This document shows, piece by piece, positions 61,541 through 64,000 of a stretch of DNA of 64,000 nucleotides. The position numbers and the translations under genes were made by a program. The notes under the pieces were generated by a model, which was not told where the DNA came from, did no database searches, and worked only from the letters and a program-made list of their open reading frames with translations. The stretch comes from Squalus acanthias (Eukaryota): assembly GCA_030390025.1 (NCBI GenBank), contig CM059431.1, positions 129,706,001-129,770,000 of the forward strand, read 5' to 3'. Position 1 is the stretch's first letter. The number at the start of each line of letters is the position of its first letter.

Positions 61541-62433
61541 GGGGGAAAAATTCAGTTGGTTGCGCCTCCCGTTAGCGCCTTAAGAGGGCGCTAATGGGGC
61601 GCAAAGCAGCTAGCGCCCGGGCGCGGCGAAGTTTGCGCCGCTCGCGAAATTAACTAGACATTTTGCGGCGGCGCTAAACACTACCGCCACGATCTCCTGA
61701 GCCGGCAGATCATGACGTCACTCGAGTGTGCAACGCCCCGGTATCGCCCCGGAGCGGATATTGAGTGGCGCCCCCTGCCTTACCGCCTGACGCTAGCAAC
61801 GACAGGTTGAGGGGAGCGTTCTGCAGTTATGAAGGGAAAGGGGGAGCGCTATTTAAAGGTGACCGCTTCCTGCCTTTTATTGTTGGTGCCATTTTTGAAC
61901 TACGCATTCTGAGAGAGAGAGGGAGAGACTTCTGGAGAGATTCAACGTTGTGTGAAGGAGTTTAGGGTACTGAGCAGCACTTTGCAGGTTCATTTTGATT
62001 TTCCATTCCTTGTATTGATTTAGCAGAGACTGTGGGGGCTGCACTCTGAGCTCTTTGCCTGGTACTCTCCATTGTTCTTTCCAGCACATTTGATGTGCAA
62101 GTCTCTCCAGGCCGAGATTCAAGGCTGCAATGAGTAGGATGTGGATGGAAAGCAAGATTAACCATCCCTTTTAAGAACTGGCCCGTGCCATTGTGTGTGT
62201 GTTCCATTGCTGACTGACAGTACATGAGCTTCGCCAGCGCTCTGAGTTAGCGCCTCACTCCTCGGCCTTTGCGCCTTAAGACAGGTGTGCAGCGCCTGAT
62301 TTAGCGCTCCAATCACCTCCAGGGGCGTTAAAAGTGAAGTTTCCAGTCAGTGGCGATAATTAGCGCCAGGCGCTAATTTTTGCGCCCGGACGATATTTGC
62401 GCCCCAAACGGGGCGCGACTGAATTTTTCCCCC
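61541..62433. mobile_element. Harbinger MITE copy 2 (893 bp)
   Basis: Perfect 16-bp TIR GGGGGAAAAATTCAGT and 3-bp TSD TGA/TGA. Same terminus as the element at 9022. Confidence 0.92.
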
Positions 62434-64000
62434 TGAGTGTCTCCGCTTCCATCACTTCCATCAGCAGCGAGTTCCAGGTCCTCACCACTCGCTGCGTAAA
62501 AAGTTTTTCCTCACATCCCCCCTGTATCTCTTGCCCACAACCTTAAATCTGTGTCCCCTAGTCCTTGTACCATTAATTAGTGGGAACAGCCTTTCCCCGT
62601 CTATCCTATCCAAACCCGTCATAATCTTGTACACCTCGATCAAATTACCCCTCAACCTCCTTTGCTCTAATGAAAACAAATCCAGCTTCTCCAACCTGTC
62701 CTTGTAGCTAAGATCCCCCATCCCTGGAACCATTCTGGTAAATCTCCTCTGCACCCTCTCAAGGGCCTTCACATCCTTCCTAAAGTGTGGTGACCAGAAC
62801 TGGATGCAATACTCCAGTTGTGGCCTAACCAGTGCTTTATAAAGGTTCAGCATAACTTCTCTACTTTTGTACTCAATACTTCTATTTATGAAGCCTAAGA
62901 TCCCATATGATTTGCTAACCACTCTCTCAATATGTCCTGCCACCTTCAGGGACCTATGCGCATTAACTCCCAGGTCCCTCTGTCCCTGCACATTCTTTAA
63001 AACTGTGCCATTAAATGTATGTTGCTTCTCCCTGTTCCTTCTGCCAAAATGCATCATCTCACACTTCTCTGTATTAAATTCCATCTGCCACTTGTCTGCC
63101 CATTCTACTAGCCTTTCTATGTCCTGTTGCAGTCGATTGGTATCATCATCACTGTTTGCCACACCCCCAAGTGTGGTGTCATCGACAAATTTAGAAATTC
63201 TACTCTGTATTCCAATATCCAGGTCATTTATATATATCAAAAAAAGCAGTGGCCCCAGCACTGACACTTGGGGAACACCACTGTCTACCATCCTCCAGTC
63301 TGAAAAACAGATATTTACCACAACTTGCTGTTTTCTGTCCTTAAGCCAATTCCTTATCCAAGCTGCCACTGACCCACCTATTACATGAGCCTCAATTTTG
63401 TTAACCAGCCTTCTATGTGATACTTTGTCAAACGCCTTCCTAAAATCCATGTAGACAACATCCATTGCATTCCCTTCATCAATCCTCCCTGTTACTTCAT
63501 CAAAAAATTCAATTAGTTTAGTCAAACAGGATCTGACTTTTACAAATCCGTGTTGGCTCTCCTTAATTAGCTTAAACCTATCCAAGTGCCTGTTAACTTT
63601 TTCCTTGATTATTGTTTCTAAAACTTTACCCACCACTGATGTTAAACTGACCGGCCTATAGTTACTAGGATTGTCCGTACACCCTTTCTTGAACAATGAT
63701 GTCACATTTGCCACTTTCCAATCCTCAGGCACTCCCCCACATCTCGGGAAAAATGGAGTGAGCAAGAGCCTTTCCACGAGGCAAGTAATGAGGTGTAATG
63801 TTACTGTATTTTTGTGCTTTTCCCAGCTGTAAATGAATGAACTCGCCAATAGCCACTGAGCTTCCGCTTCCCCTTCACAGGCGAGGTACCCGACCTCCGT
63901 CAATCCCATGCTCCTGCAGTAAAACTCAAAAACTGGCATTTAATTCAATATTAAGGATCTCTCAACAAGAAGTTAATGATTTCAATGAAGTCGACCACCT

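Larger units (their letters stand above)
59766..63735 (-). mobile_element. CR1 LINE, 5'-truncated, RT region still open (62482-63735); the 3' UTR and tail carry both MITEs
   Basis: The 485-aa ORF contains the CR1 RT motifs. The CR1 3' sequence resumes across both MITE TSDs. Confidence 0.9.

Overview
Eukaryotic genomic DNA, most likely from a cartilaginous fish (shark). The evidence is an HE1/V-SINE, Deu-domain SINEs and very dense CR1 LINEs. Most of the window is nested transposable elements: CR1, L2 and Tx1/L1-like LINE pieces, two decayed two-gene Harbinger transposons with their MITEs, a hAT-type MITE and four Penelope-like element (PLE) insertions. No host protein-coding gene is convincingly supported. 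The only clear host locus is invisible to the ORF track: a complete miR-17~92 cluster (miR-17, 18a, 19a, 20a, 19b, 92a) on the minus strand at about 33.6-34.4 kb. Its putative CpG-island promoter lies at about 36.1-38.1 kb, with a TATA-like box 31 nt from an Inr-like element and E2F, E-box and RFX-like sites. A textbook 3' splice site sits just before miR-17. The most striking mobile feature is a young, apparently intact PLE (50196-54303). It has an uninterrupted RT plus GIY-YIG ORF, direct and inverted pseudo-LTRs and a 12-bp TSD. Its repeats carry minimal hammerhead ribozymes, whose stems covary with those of two other PLE copies, one a 150-bp insertion that is little more than the ribozyme. 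Boundaries of decayed repeats are approximate. Family names come from motif recognition by eye, not database searches.
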